A DNA stretch of 51,899 nt from Bacteroidota bacterium (GTDB taxonomy: Bacteria; Bacteroidota; Bacteroidia; JABEUT01), in contig JABDCH010000003.1 in NCBI GenBank assembly GCA_013288205.1, forward strand, positions 533-52,431, written 5' to 3'. Positions 1-8,921 of the stretch are shown here, piece by piece (the stretch's first letter is position 1; each line of letters begins with the position of its first letter). The notes under the pieces are model-generated. The model saw only the letters and a list, made by a program, of their open reading frames with translations, ran no database searches and was not told the DNA's origin. The position numbers and the translations under genes were made by a program.

Positions 1-946
1 GTGGGGTACGGGCCATATAGCCTTCTTGTATCAAAAAAGGTTCATATACTTCTTCAATCGTTCCGGGCTGTTCGCCTACGGCAATGGCGATGGTGGAGAT
101 TCCAACAGGCCCTCCTTTAAATTTTTCAATAATGGCGGTTAGGATACGGTTATCCATTTCATCCAAACCATTTTCATCTACATTCAATGCTTTAAGGGCA
201 TATTGGGTAACCTTTAAATCTATACTGCCGCTGCCTTTTATTTGGGCAAAGTCGCGCACGCGGCGCAGCAATGCATTGGCAATACGCGGAGTACCACGAC
301 TACGGCGGGCAATTTCCCAGGAAGCCTCTTTGCTGATGGGTATATTTAAAATGCCTGATGAGCGTTCGATAATTCTTTGCAGTAGTTCGGCATGATAATA
401 ATCTAACCGAAAGTTGATGCCGAAACGCGCTCGCAAAGGAGAGGTGAGAAGTCCTGAACGGGTAGTAGCCCCAATCAATGTAAAGGGATTCAGTTTTAGT
501 TGCACGCTGCGTGCATTGGGCCCGGTATCAATCATAATATCGATACGGTAGTCTTCCATAGCTGAATAAAGATATTCTTCCACTACGGGGCTCAGGCGAT
601 GTATTTCATCAATAAATAAAACATCAAAATCATTCAGATTGGTGAGCAATCCTGCAAGGTCGCCGGGCTTTTCAAGTACAGGTCCTGAGGTGATACGTAT
701 ATTCACTTCCAGTTCAGATGCGATGATGTTGGCAAGGGTTGTTTTGCCTAATCCGGGAGGGCCATGCAACAACACATGGTCGAGGGCTTCACTACGCTGT
801 TTAGCAGCCTGGACAAAAATGCGGAGGTTTTCAATGACCTTTTCCTGCCCTGAAAATTCATTGAAATGTTGGGGACGGAGAACTATCTCTACTTCTTTTT
901 CGGAAGCAGGAAGGTTTTCACTGTCGGGGTTTAAGCTCTCGTTCAT
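1..946 (-). CDS. ruvB: Holliday junction branch migration helicase RuvB (3' end runs off the window)
   Basis: Manual translation from ATG at 946: [70 protein letters not shown] (Walker A in typical RuvB context). Absent from the ORF track because it has no stop in the window. Confidence 0.97.
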   Translation of the reverse strand, partial: MNESLNPDSENLPASEKEVEIVLRPQHFNEFSGQEKVIENLRIFVQAAKQRSEALDHVLLHGPPGLGKTTLANIIASELEVNIRITSGPVLEKPGDLAGLLTNLNDFDVLFIDEIHRLSPVVEEYLYSAMEDYRIDIMIDTGPNARSVQLKLNPFTLIGATTRSGLLTSPLRARFGINFRLDYYHAELLQRIIERSSGILNIPISKEASWEIARRSRGTPRIANALLRRVRDFAQIKGSGSIDLKVTQYALKALNVDENGLDEMDNRILTAIIEKFKGGPVGISTIAIAVGEQPGTIEEVYEPFLIQEGYMARTP

Positions 947-1026
947 GTATGGGTTAATCTGCCTAAGATAAGACAAATGTAATGTATGTATGGAAAGTAA
1001 ATCCTTTACACCGGAATTTTCTTTCC

Positions 1027-1707
1027 TCAACCATTCGATTGAATTAGCTTGCCAAGCTTGGTATCGGGGAATAAGTGAGCATATATTTCGAAAGGAGAAA
1101 CCGACAAGCCAACTGAGTAGGTAACTGAATTGAAATTATAACCTAACAAATTGTTATTGATAAGCATGAAACGATAACCCACCTGGGTCGAGAACTCGAT
1201 ATATTTATTAATGTTATATCCCAGCGTTACCTGCGGTTCGAGCGGCATGACGAGCTCCCTGCTTTTTACAACTGCTACATCGTTTATGGTATATTGGTAT
1301 GATGAGCTTCCGATGCCGATGAGCACAGGCAAATCGAGTTCCCAATGCTTGGTTAAGTTGATGGTATATTCTACAAAATAAGAGAAGTAGGCAAAGTGCA
1401 GATCAGAACGTACAGCCTCATCGCCTAAATATTGATTTTTATAAATGGGCGATGACAGGGTGTTGTATCCTCCGCCAATGGTAAATTTATTATCAAAACA
1501 AACTCCGGCCATAATGCCGAAGATGTTGGCATAATTATTGTCGATATAGGAGTCGCGCGAATCGAAGCTGAAGACATAGCTGGGCTTTCGCCGGATGATA
1601 GCCTGCAAACTATCGATAAACTGGCATTGGGATGTTACTGCAACAGAGGAGAAGAGGACTATGCAACAGATTTTTTTCACCGGGGTATAAGCATTAACAC
1701 AAGCCAA
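1027..1707 (-). CDS. Hypothetical exported protein, probable outer-membrane beta-barrel (paralog of 1751-2404)
   Basis: Signal-peptide-like N-terminus and alternating aromatic/hydrophobic strands ([22 protein letters not shown]). Function unknown. Confidence 0.6.
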   Translation of the reverse strand: MACVNAYTPVKKICCIVLFSSVAVTSQCQFIDSLQAIIRRKPSYVFSFDSRDSYIDNNYANIFGIMAGVCFDNKFTIGGGYNTLSSPIYKNQYLGDEAVRSDLHFAYFSYFVEYTINLTKHWELDLPVLIGIGSSSYQYTINDVAVVKSRELVMPLEPQVTLGYNINKYIEFSTQVGYRFMLINNNLLGYNFNSVTYSVGLSVSPFEIYAHLFPDTKLGKLIQSNG

Positions 1708-1750
1708 AGGAGCAATTAATGCCTTTTACGGATAAGGAGTGAAGAATGTT

Positions 1751-2404
1751 TCAATCGCCGTTTTCAATCATCTTGGCCCATTTGGTATGGGGAAAGAGCC
1801 CGGCATATATTTCCAGGGGATAGATCAACACCCCAACCGAATAGGTTACAGAATTAAAATTATAATTCAATAAGTTATTGTTAATAAGCATATAACGGTA
1901 GCCTACCTGGGTATATAATCCGCAATATTTATTGAAGTTATAATCCACTTCCACCTGTGGCTCAAGGGGCATGATCATTTTGTTATTTTCGGTTTTTAAT
2001 AGCGTATTAGTCTTGTACTGCATAGATGCACTTCCGATACCAATAGATACAGGTATATCTATTCTCCAATGCTTGGAAAGAGTCATAATATACTCGGCAA
2101 AATAGGAGAAAAAGAAAAAACTAAGCTTGCCTTTTAAGGTGTCTCCGTTTTCGTATTTTGTATGATAGATAGATGAAGACAGTGAGTTAATACCTCCGCC
2201 AACGGTGAATTTTTTACCAAAGCAAACCCCTACCATGTATCCGAAAATAGTAGCGTCATTACCACCTATAAAAGAATTACGTGTATTGAAACAAAAAGAA
2301 AAATTGCCTTTTCTTTCGATAGCTGCCTGCAGGGTATCGATGAACTGGCATTTGGCTGTAAAACCCGCCAGGCAAAACATGGATATGCAGATAAACTTTT
2401 TCAC
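1751..2404 (-). CDS. Hypothetical exported protein, probable outer-membrane beta-barrel (paralog of 1027-1707)
   Basis: Signal peptide MKKFICISMFCLAGFTAKC followed by the same strand motifs as its neighbour. Confidence 0.6.
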   Translation of the reverse strand: MKKFICISMFCLAGFTAKCQFIDTLQAAIERKGNFSFCFNTRNSFIGGNDATIFGYMVGVCFGKKFTVGGGINSLSSSIYHTKYENGDTLKGKLSFFFFSYFAEYIMTLSKHWRIDIPVSIGIGSASMQYKTNTLLKTENNKMIMPLEPQVEVDYNFNKYCGLYTQVGYRYMLINNNLLNYNFNSVTYSVGVLIYPLEIYAGLFPHTKWAKMIENGD

Positions 2405-2412
2405 AGGGGATT

Positions 2413-2420
2413 CAAAAGTA
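2413..2420 (-). promoter_or_regulatory. Bacteroidota -7 promoter box TACTTTTG
   Basis: Exact TAnnTTTG match just upstream of the 2404 start. Confidence 0.6.
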
Positions 2421-2460
2421 CATTTTTCCCCCGAGGTGGTCTATTTGTCAGTATAAGCAC

Positions 2461-3057
2461 CTATCGTTCGCAGGGGCAGATAGGCGAAAAATAAATAGTG
2501 GTGTTAGGTAGAATAGCTTTCAGGAATTCCTGGCTGGCCTGGTTTACCAGCACATCCCGCAGATCGAGTACTTTCAGGTTGTCGGCAAGGTATTTTAATT
2601 CAATAGGATACCCGCCTATATTATCGCTCCACAAATTGAGGGTTTGCAACTCTTTTAACTTACCTATACTCCGTGGAATTTTTTCCAAATCGGTGCGGTT
2701 AAGGTCAAGGTATTTCAAATGGCTCAGTTCGCCTATCTGCGAGCGCAGGCTGTCAATTTTATTTTTGTATAGTATAAGTATCTGCAAGTCTTTCAGCTCT
2801 CCTATCCAGGGTGGTATGTCGGTAATTTTATTCTTGCTAAGGTCAAGGTATTGCAGGCTGGTAAGTTTTCGCAGCTCTTTAGGGAATTCGGAAAGCCGTT
2901 GTTTACTGAGGTCTAATTTAAGTACGTTGTTACTGTCTTTCAAAGCCTCTTGCATACTGGTGCAGGCCGTCATCGTATCCAATGAAAGCGAGTCGAGCAG
3001 TTGAGCCGAACCTGCAAACGGCAGTAAAAGGCATAAAAAAAGAACAATATGCTTCAT
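2461..3057 (-). CDS. Exported leucine-rich repeat protein
   Basis: LxxLxLxxNxLxxLP repeats (LQYLDLSKNKITDIP, LQILILYKNKIDSL). Start moved to MKHIVLF at 3057, which gives a signal peptide. Confidence 0.85.
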   Translation of the reverse strand: MKHIVLFLCLLLPFAGSAQLLDSLSLDTMTACTSMQEALKDSNNVLKLDLSKQRLSEFPKELRKLTSLQYLDLSKNKITDIPPWIGELKDLQILILYKNKIDSLRSQIGELSHLKYLDLNRTDLEKIPRSIGKLKELQTLNLWSDNIGGYPIELKYLADNLKVLDLRDVLVNQASQEFLKAILPNTTIYFSPICPCER

Positions 3058-3065
3058 AGCGAAAA

Positions 3066-4046
3066 CTATTTTTTTTCTTCTCCCGCCGGAACCCCTTCCG
3101 AGAATACACCCATATTGCAAAACTTGTCTATCCGTTTCTGTATTCTTTTGTCAGTATCCATTTTGCCCAGCTTGTCAAGTTGCTTGAGTAGTTCTTCTTT
3201 TACCAATGCAAATGCTTCTTCGGGGTTAACGTGGGCCCCGCCAAGCGGTTCTTTTATAATTCCGTCAATCAGTTTATTATGCAGCATATCGTCGGCGGTA
3301 AGCTTTAACTGTTGGGCTGCTTTTTCCTTAAAATCCCAGCTTCTCCAAAGAATAGAAGAGCACGATTCAGGAGAAATCACCGAATACCAGGTATTTTCCA
3401 GCATCAGCACTTTATCGCCTATGCCTATTCCGAGTGCGCCGCCCGAGGCCCCTTCTCCAATTATAATACAAATAACAGGCACCCGCAGGCGCATCATTTC
3501 ATATAGATTGCGGGCTATTGCTTCTGCCTGTCCGCGTTCTTCGCCCTCCAGGACGGGATAAGCTCCGGGGGTATCAATAAAGGTAACAATAGGCACATCG
3601 AATTTTTCAGCAAGCTTCATTAATCTGAGTGCTTTGCGGTATCCTTCGGGGTTGGGCATGCCAAAGTTGCGATATTGACGCAGCTTGGTGGTTACTCCCT
3701 TTTGCTGGCCTACAAACATAACGCTCATTCCGTTTACCTTGCCGAGCCCGCCCACCATGGCTTTATCGTCTTTCACATTGCGGTCGCCGTGCAGTTCAAA
3801 AAAAGTTCCTTCGGTAAGCGCATCAATATAAGCAAGTGTATAGGGCCTGTCAGGGTGACGCGACAGTTGCACTTTTTGCCAGGGGGTTAATTTGTCGGTT
3901 ATCTGTTTGCGGGCTTCCAGTATCTTTTCTTCCAGTTCTTTAACGGTGGCGGTGGTATCTACTTTTCCTTTTTCGCCCACCTGCTTCACTTTATCTATCT
4001 GTTCCAACAGTTCCTGTACGGGTTTTTCAAAATCGAGAAAATTCAT
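3066..4046 (-). CDS. accA: Acetyl-CoA carboxylase carboxyltransferase alpha subunit
   Basis: [32 protein letters not shown] and [10 protein letters not shown] motifs. Confidence 0.98.
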   Translation of the reverse strand: MNFLDFEKPVQELLEQIDKVKQVGEKGKVDTTATVKELEEKILEARKQITDKLTPWQKVQLSRHPDRPYTLAYIDALTEGTFFELHGDRNVKDDKAMVGGLGKVNGMSVMFVGQQKGVTTKLRQYRNFGMPNPEGYRKALRLMKLAEKFDVPIVTFIDTPGAYPVLEGEERGQAEAIARNLYEMMRLRVPVICIIIGEGASGGALGIGIGDKVLMLENTWYSVISPESCSSILWRSWDFKEKAAQQLKLTADDMLHNKLIDGIIKEPLGGAHVNPEEAFALVKEELLKQLDKLGKMDTDKRIQKRIDKFCNMGVFSEGVPAGEEKK

Positions 4047-4067
4047 GCAATGAGGTTTTTGGAAAGG

Positions 4068-4075
4068 CGAAGATA
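4068..4075 (-). promoter_or_regulatory. -7 promoter box variant TATCTTCG upstream of accA
   Basis: TAnnTTCG variant about 20 nt before the ATG. Confidence 0.5.
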
Positions 4076-4115
4076 GAAAAAATGGGGGAGTCTGAGGTTA
4101 GTGTGTTACATATAC

Positions 4116-4361
4116 TTAGTCAAACCCTTTAAGTAACTCCGCAAGACTAATTTCTAATCCCACTGCAAGTTTCTTTAAAACAAATAAAGAAGGATTTATT
4201 CTGCCTGATTCTATACGAGCAATATTGGAATTTTCTATATAACAAGCTCTTGCAAATTCTGACATTGACAGTCCCTTTGACATCCTGAGTTTTCTCAGGT
4301 GTTTTCCAAATTGTTTTTGAAATCTCAAACGCTCTTCTCTTTCCCTTTCCCTTTCGGTCAT
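4116..4361 (-). CDS. XRE-family helix-turn-helix transcriptional regulator
   Basis: FGKHLRKLRMSKGLSMSEFA...IARIESGRINPSLFVLKKLAVGLEISLAEL is a typical HTH_3 pattern. Start MTERE at 4361 is preferred. Confidence 0.92.
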   Translation of the reverse strand: MTEREREREERLRFQKQFGKHLRKLRMSKGLSMSEFARACYIENSNIARIESGRINPSLFVLKKLAVGLEISLAELLKGFD

Positions 4362-4407
4362 TTTACAAGAAATGAACTGCAAGAAGGGATATTTTTAAAA
4401 AAAAGGC

Positions 4408-4425
4408 TCTATCGGATACGATAGA
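4408..4425. promoter_or_regulatory. Candidate XRE operator, perfect inverted repeat TCTATCG-gata-CGATAGA
   Basis: Perfect 7-4-7 palindrome between the xre gene and the divergent cassette, just upstream of the -7 box at 4441. Confidence 0.6.
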
Positions 4426-4440
4426 ATGTAAAACTATTTT

Positions 4441-4448
4441 TATATTTG
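4441..4448 (+). promoter_or_regulatory. -7 promoter box TATATTTG of the accessory cassette
   Basis: Exact TAnnTTTG match upstream of 4507. Confidence 0.65.
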
Positions 4449-4506
4449 CATTCTATTTAAATAAAATAAATATCTTTATCTCTTAATAAATATAAATTAT
4501 ATAATT

Positions 4507-5475
4507 ATGAAATATACTGTAAGTTACCTCTTTAAAGTACTGATGATTTTTGGGATTATTATTATCTCATGCCAAACAGGTTTTGCTCAAACACCAAGCT
4601 GGACAACCAGCAGCGATACTATTTCCACAACAGGCTATGTTAAAATGTCAGGATTAGTTACCGATACTACAACTGATTTTATGGGAATTGACAAGCACGG
4701 AAAACTGGTACCCTTAAAGGGTGGCAGTCAAGAAAGTATTATGTATCCCTTTGTTTTACCTCTTACTCCATGCGATAGTGCTCAGCCGGAATGGTACAGG
4801 CAGGGAATTTCAAATGGATATGAAGCATTGGTAACCAGGCACTGTACTTGGGTGGGCATAGGTGAAGGAGGTGTATCTAATTTACCTGATGCACCTTTCA
4901 GCGTATCGAGCAACACTAACACTATCCAGTTCTCGGTAGTAAATCCGACTTCGGTACAAGATATATTCACCATTGATAAAAACGGGAATACTTACGCTGC
5001 TGGGAAGGTGGGTATCGGAACAACTTCGCCCAATGCTCAACTTAATATAAAGATTCCCGCCTCACCAACCACTTCGGCACTTACCGTGACTAATTCTTCA
5101 GGTAGTAATATATTTAATATTGCCTCTAACGGAAATGTCCTTATTCAAACCACGAATAGTTTATATGCTCTTAATGTGGGGGGCACCATCTGGTCGACAG
5201 AGGTGAAGGTTTGTATATCGGGATGCGATTTTGTATTTGATAAAGATTATAAGCTGATGCCATTAAAGGAACTTGAGAATTATCTGAAATTGAACCATCA
5301 TTTGCCCGGTATAGCATCGGCTAATGAAATGGAAAGCGGCGATGGGGTTGAGTTGGGTAAAATGAACAACAAGCTTTTGCAAAAGGTGGAGGAACTTACC
5401 TTGTACACTATTCAACTGGAAAAACGGCTCGATGATATGCAGGCTCAAATAACGAAACTTAAGGAAAGTAAATAA
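4507..5475 (+). CDS. Exported fibre-like protein with a C-terminal chaperone-like/coiled-coil domain (Bacteroidota tail-fibre-like family)
   Basis: Signal peptide; GKVGIGTTSP and GNVLI short beta repeats; C-terminal DFVFDKDYKLMPLKELE...HHLPGI...LLQKVEELTLYTI coiled coil. Confidence 0.7.
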   Translation: MKYTVSYLFKVLMIFGIIIISCQTGFAQTPSWTTSSDTISTTGYVKMSGLVTDTTTDFMGIDKHGKLVPLKGGSQESIMYPFVLPLTPCDSAQPEWYRQGISNGYEALVTRHCTWVGIGEGGVSNLPDAPFSVSSNTNTIQFSVVNPTSVQDIFTIDKNGNTYAAGKVGIGTTSPNAQLNIKIPASPTTSALTVTNSSGSNIFNIASNGNVLIQTTNSLYALNVGGTIWSTEVKVCISGCDFVFDKDYKLMPLKELENYLKLNHHLPGIASANEMESGDGVELGKMNNKLLQKVEELTLYTIQLEKRLDDMQAQITKLKESK

Positions 5476-5496
5476 CAGCTAAATCCTTTATTAAAT

Positions 5497-7710
5497 ATGA
5501 AAAAGTATATAGCTATTCTTTTTTTACTACCAGGCATGCTATTCCAGGATCGGGTTAACGCCCAATGCACCAATCCTCAAAGCCCCATGAATACCTATTG
5601 GCATTACCGCTACAGGTTAACACATTATTTTATGGATATGGGTATGGACTCCGGCAAAAGTATACCCGCCTATATCCGCAATGGGGGTACTAGTGATTCC
5701 GGATGCAATGAGTATATATGGTGGAGCGATCAGGGCAGGAATTTGGGATATTATATCAGTACCCTTGCTACAGAATATTATTTATTAAAAAAGAATGGAC
5801 AAAATACCAATGAAACGGTTATGGAATTATTTTATGCCCTTCATGCGGTTTTCCGGTTAGACAGTTCTGCTATGACAGGATGGGTAAATGCTAGTAAAAC
5901 GGTGAGCAATACCGTATGTCCTAATTATACGAGCTTGCCCATTACCTGGCCGGGCGACGGGTATATGATGCAGGATGATGTACCTGGTAACTTTTATGAA
6001 AAAGTCGATACTGCTCCTTTTATTGCCTCTACGCGTACAAATCCTTACTATCAAGGATATGGAGCCATCGGAAGTGGAGAAGTTGGACCCGTAACTGTTG
6101 TTTCATCGGCTTATAGTGGCGCAGGTAATAACTATGCCAATGTACACGGAACTAGCCAGGATAATTATTATGCCATATTGATGGGACTTTGTTTGTGTGA
6201 GCAACTACTTGGGGATAGCATATATAGTTTTTATAATTCGTTAGGTACTGTACATTTTGCTACGCAGTACACTGATTTGCGGAGTATAGCCATTGCTGAA
6301 GGCACAAGAATAATGAATTATATTATAGCTTGTGATTTCCAGCTTACTTATCCGGATGGTTCATCTATAGGGCTTGGCGGTGGGCAAGATTATGCATATT
6401 GTGCTCCCCTCGAGCAGATTGCCGACACATGGTTTGGGTTTTCAAATGCAACAGCTATAACATGTCCCGCGTTTAATAAACTAGTGTGGAATAATTATGA
6501 CTTAGGTGAGCTTTCACTCCCTGCAAACCCACCTCCTTCCGCAAATATTGAAATGGGTTGCGAAATAGCTGCTATGAGTAATATGGGGGGTGCATATTCA
6601 AATGGTTGCCCCGGGGTTGATTCATTGCTTGAAAACATGGGTTATTATACTGAACTGGAACTTTCTGAATCGAATACGCTTCTTGGTGTAGCGCGCCTTG
6701 AGAATCCTTCGGAATATGACTCTATTTATTCACGCTATAGTAATATATATGGGGAAGACCAGCTTTTCCTGGCAGTATATCAGATACTTTATCCTAATAC
6801 TACCAATTACAACTGGTTAAGTCTTTGCATCATGCAGGATATTATCAACAGTGCTCCCTACGATGGGCCTTTTCATCACGAGGATACCACCCAGGCTAAC
6901 GCTGATTTTTCCGGCTGCGGCTGGGCCGCTCCCAACCGGTTTATCTGGGGGCCACCTTATCAAAGGGGAGGGCCGGGGTATTCGGGCAATTTCAATGGCT
7001 TAGATTATATGCTCTTTTTTAACTTATACACCATTATTTCAGAGATGGAATCGAATAACTCAACGTATATTCCGAGTTCTTGCATCCCCTACAACTATCC
7101 ATCCGAACCACTATCATGTTTAGGAAACTATACCGTAAAGGGATACGATACCCTTCCTTATGCTATATGGAGCAACTATTGTAGTCCTATATATGTGAAT
7201 CAGTTGAATGTTTCCGATACAGGTGGGCTTTGGCTAGTTGGAAGCGAACAGTCATTTATAGATTTAAAGCCTACATCGGGCAATATCATCATTAAGCATG
7301 GAGCTTTTTTTGATGCACTATGTTTTGGAACCTGCTGCCAGGCCCCTTACTACACCTATCAATCTGATTCGGGTGCTGTGCATGATAGAAGGCCTCAAAG
7401 GAATATCGATACCGGTTATAGGATGAGTAGCGAATTTGCTCCTAAACCTAACTACGACGCTCTTATCGCATATCCTAATCCCGTTACCATACAAACTGCT
7501 TTTCAGTTTGCAGTAAAAGAAACCACGCCGGTAACCATTTCCATTTTTAATATACAGGGGGATAAGGTGAAAGATGTCTTTGTGAATCAAACGTATAATC
7601 AGGGTAATTATGTACGAAACTTCAATGCTTCTGGTCTGGCGCCAGGGACGTATTTTGCTGTAATGCTAACAAAAGACAATAAGAAAGTAGTTAAAATAAT
7701 AAAGAATTAA
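5497..7710 (+). CDS. Uncharacterised secreted protein with a T9SS type-A C-terminal sorting domain
   Basis: Signal peptide; C-terminal AYPNPV...ISIFNIQG...GLAPGTYF...KKVVKIIK; Cys-rich helical N-terminal domain of unknown function. Confidence 0.85.
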   Translation: MKKYIAILFLLPGMLFQDRVNAQCTNPQSPMNTYWHYRYRLTHYFMDMGMDSGKSIPAYIRNGGTSDSGCNEYIWWSDQGRNLGYYISTLATEYYLLKKNGQNTNETVMELFYALHAVFRLDSSAMTGWVNASKTVSNTVCPNYTSLPITWPGDGYMMQDDVPGNFYEKVDTAPFIASTRTNPYYQGYGAIGSGEVGPVTVVSSAYSGAGNNYANVHGTSQDNYYAILMGLCLCEQLLGDSIYSFYNSLGTVHFATQYTDLRSIAIAEGTRIMNYIIACDFQLTYPDGSSIGLGGGQDYAYCAPLEQIADTWFGFSNATAITCPAFNKLVWNNYDLGELSLPANPPPSANIEMGCEIAAMSNMGGAYSNGCPGVDSLLENMGYYTELELSESNTLLGVARLENPSEYDSIYSRYSNIYGEDQLFLAVYQILYPNTTNYNWLSLCIMQDIINSAPYDGPFHHEDTTQANADFSGCGWAAPNRFIWGPPYQRGGPGYSGNFNGLDYMLFFNLYTIISEMESNNSTYIPSSCIPYNYPSEPLSCLGNYTVKGYDTLPYAIWSNYCSPIYVNQLNVSDTGGLWLVGSEQSFIDLKPTSGNIIIKHGAFFDALCFGTCCQAPYYTYQSDSGAVHDRRPQRNIDTGYRMSSEFAPKPNYDALIAYPNPVTIQTAFQFAVKETTPVTISIFNIQGDKVKDVFVNQTYNQGNYVRNFNASGLAPGTYFAVMLTKDNKKVVKIIKN

Positions 7711-7735
7711 ATTATTGATTATTAATATAATTTAC

Positions 7736-7743
7736 TATATTCG
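7736..7743 (+). promoter_or_regulatory. -7 promoter box variant TATATTCG
   Basis: Ends 2 nt before ATG 7746, which argues for the downstream ATG 7770 as the true start. Confidence 0.45.
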
Positions 7744-7769
7744 CCATGGAAATAAAAAATTCTGTTCTT

Positions 7770-8909
7770 ATGCGTTTACTTTGTAAACTACTTTTAATAA
7801 GTCTCTTTTTAGTTGCTTGTAAAAAATCAAATTCTCCCCCGAGTAGCCCAAGTAATCCGGTTAATTCAAACTATACTGTTCTTTTTAATTTTAGCGGTAC
7901 TAATGGCGCAAATCCCTTTGGAGATTTAACCATTTCAGGAAATACTTTATATGGCATGACTTCGGCAGGAGGAACAAACGATGCAGGCTGTATATTTTCC
8001 ATTAAGACGGATGGGAGTGGATACACAAACCTATTTAATTTTAATGGGACAAACGGTGAAACTCCAATGGGCTCATTAATACTTTGGGAAAATACCTTAT
8101 ATGGTATGACCTCTGCGGGAGGAATGGGATCAAACTATGATGGTTGTATTTTTTCTATTAATACAGATGGAAGCGGATATAGGGATTTATATAATTTTAA
8201 CGGCGTAAATGGTGCAGAACCCTTCGGTTCATTAACTCTGTCTGTAGGAAAATTGTATGGAATGACAGAAAACGGAGGAAAATATGGTATTGGAATTATA
8301 TTTTCTATTGATACGAATGGAACAGAGTATAAAGATTTGTTGGATTTTCATGATACAAATGGTATGTATCCTACAGGAAATTTAACTCTTTCAGGAAAAG
8401 TGCTGTATGGTATGACATCTGAAGGAGGAAAAAATCATTATGGACTTATTTTTTCAATTGACACGGATGGCACAAGATATAAAGACCTGCTTGATTTTAA
8501 TGGTACAAACGGTGCAAACCCAAATGGTTCATTAAGCCTTTCAGAAGGTATCTTATATGGAATAACAAGTGGAGGAACACACGGTTCAGGCATTATATTT
8601 TCCATAGATACGAATGGTAGTGGGTATACAGGTTTATTTAATTATAGCGGCACCAATGGAGCAGGAAATGGTTCGTTAAAGCTTTCCGGAAATGTTTTAT
8701 ATGGGATAGCAGGATCAGGCGGTAACAGTAATATTTTCTCCATCAATACCGATGGCAGCGGATATAAAACTTTATATAATATAATTCAAACAGATGTTTA
8801 TCCCAATGGTTCATTATTATTTTCAAATAACGTTTTATATGGAATGGCAGGATTTCCTATGAATAATTCTATTAATGCTTACGGATATATTTTTAGTTAT
8901 AAGTTGTAG
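7770..8909 (+). CDS. Lipoprotein with seven GloVer-type (Gloeo_Verruco, TIGR03803-like) repeats, predicted 7-bladed beta-propeller
   Basis: Lipobox FLVA-C; seven units of about 50 aa, YxxL(F/Y)(N/D)FxGTNGxxPxGxLxLSxxxLYGMTxxGGxxxxGxIFSIxTDG. Confidence 0.8.
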   Translation: MRLLCKLLLISLFLVACKKSNSPPSSPSNPVNSNYTVLFNFSGTNGANPFGDLTISGNTLYGMTSAGGTNDAGCIFSIKTDGSGYTNLFNFNGTNGETPMGSLILWENTLYGMTSAGGMGSNYDGCIFSINTDGSGYRDLYNFNGVNGAEPFGSLTLSVGKLYGMTENGGKYGIGIIFSIDTNGTEYKDLLDFHDTNGMYPTGNLTLSGKVLYGMTSEGGKNHYGLIFSIDTDGTRYKDLLDFNGTNGANPNGSLSLSEGILYGITSGGTHGSGIIFSIDTNGSGYTGLFNYSGTNGAGNGSLKLSGNVLYGIAGSGGNSNIFSINTDGSGYKTLYNIIQTDVYPNGSLLFSNNVLYGMAGFPMNNSINAYGYIFSYKL

Positions 8910-8921
8910 TATTGTTCCCAT

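Noticed and set aside
84-971. Plus-strand ORFs 84-395 and 639-971
   Set aside because: Antisense shadows of ruvB. The same applies to the many short track ORFs overlapping accA, murA, recG, glmM, rpoN, asnS and others.
4333-4356. Short CT-rich repeat encoding EREREREE in the XRE N-terminus
   Set aside because: Too short and imperfect to suggest phase variation.
4507-5475. Prophage suggested by the tail-fibre-like protein
   Set aside because: It has a Sec signal peptide, and there are no capsid, terminase or integrase genes nearby.
7860-8890. CRISPR-like or DNA-level repeat array
   Set aside because: The periodicity is protein-level (about 50-aa propeller blades) with diverged codons. There are no identical repeats with unique spacers.
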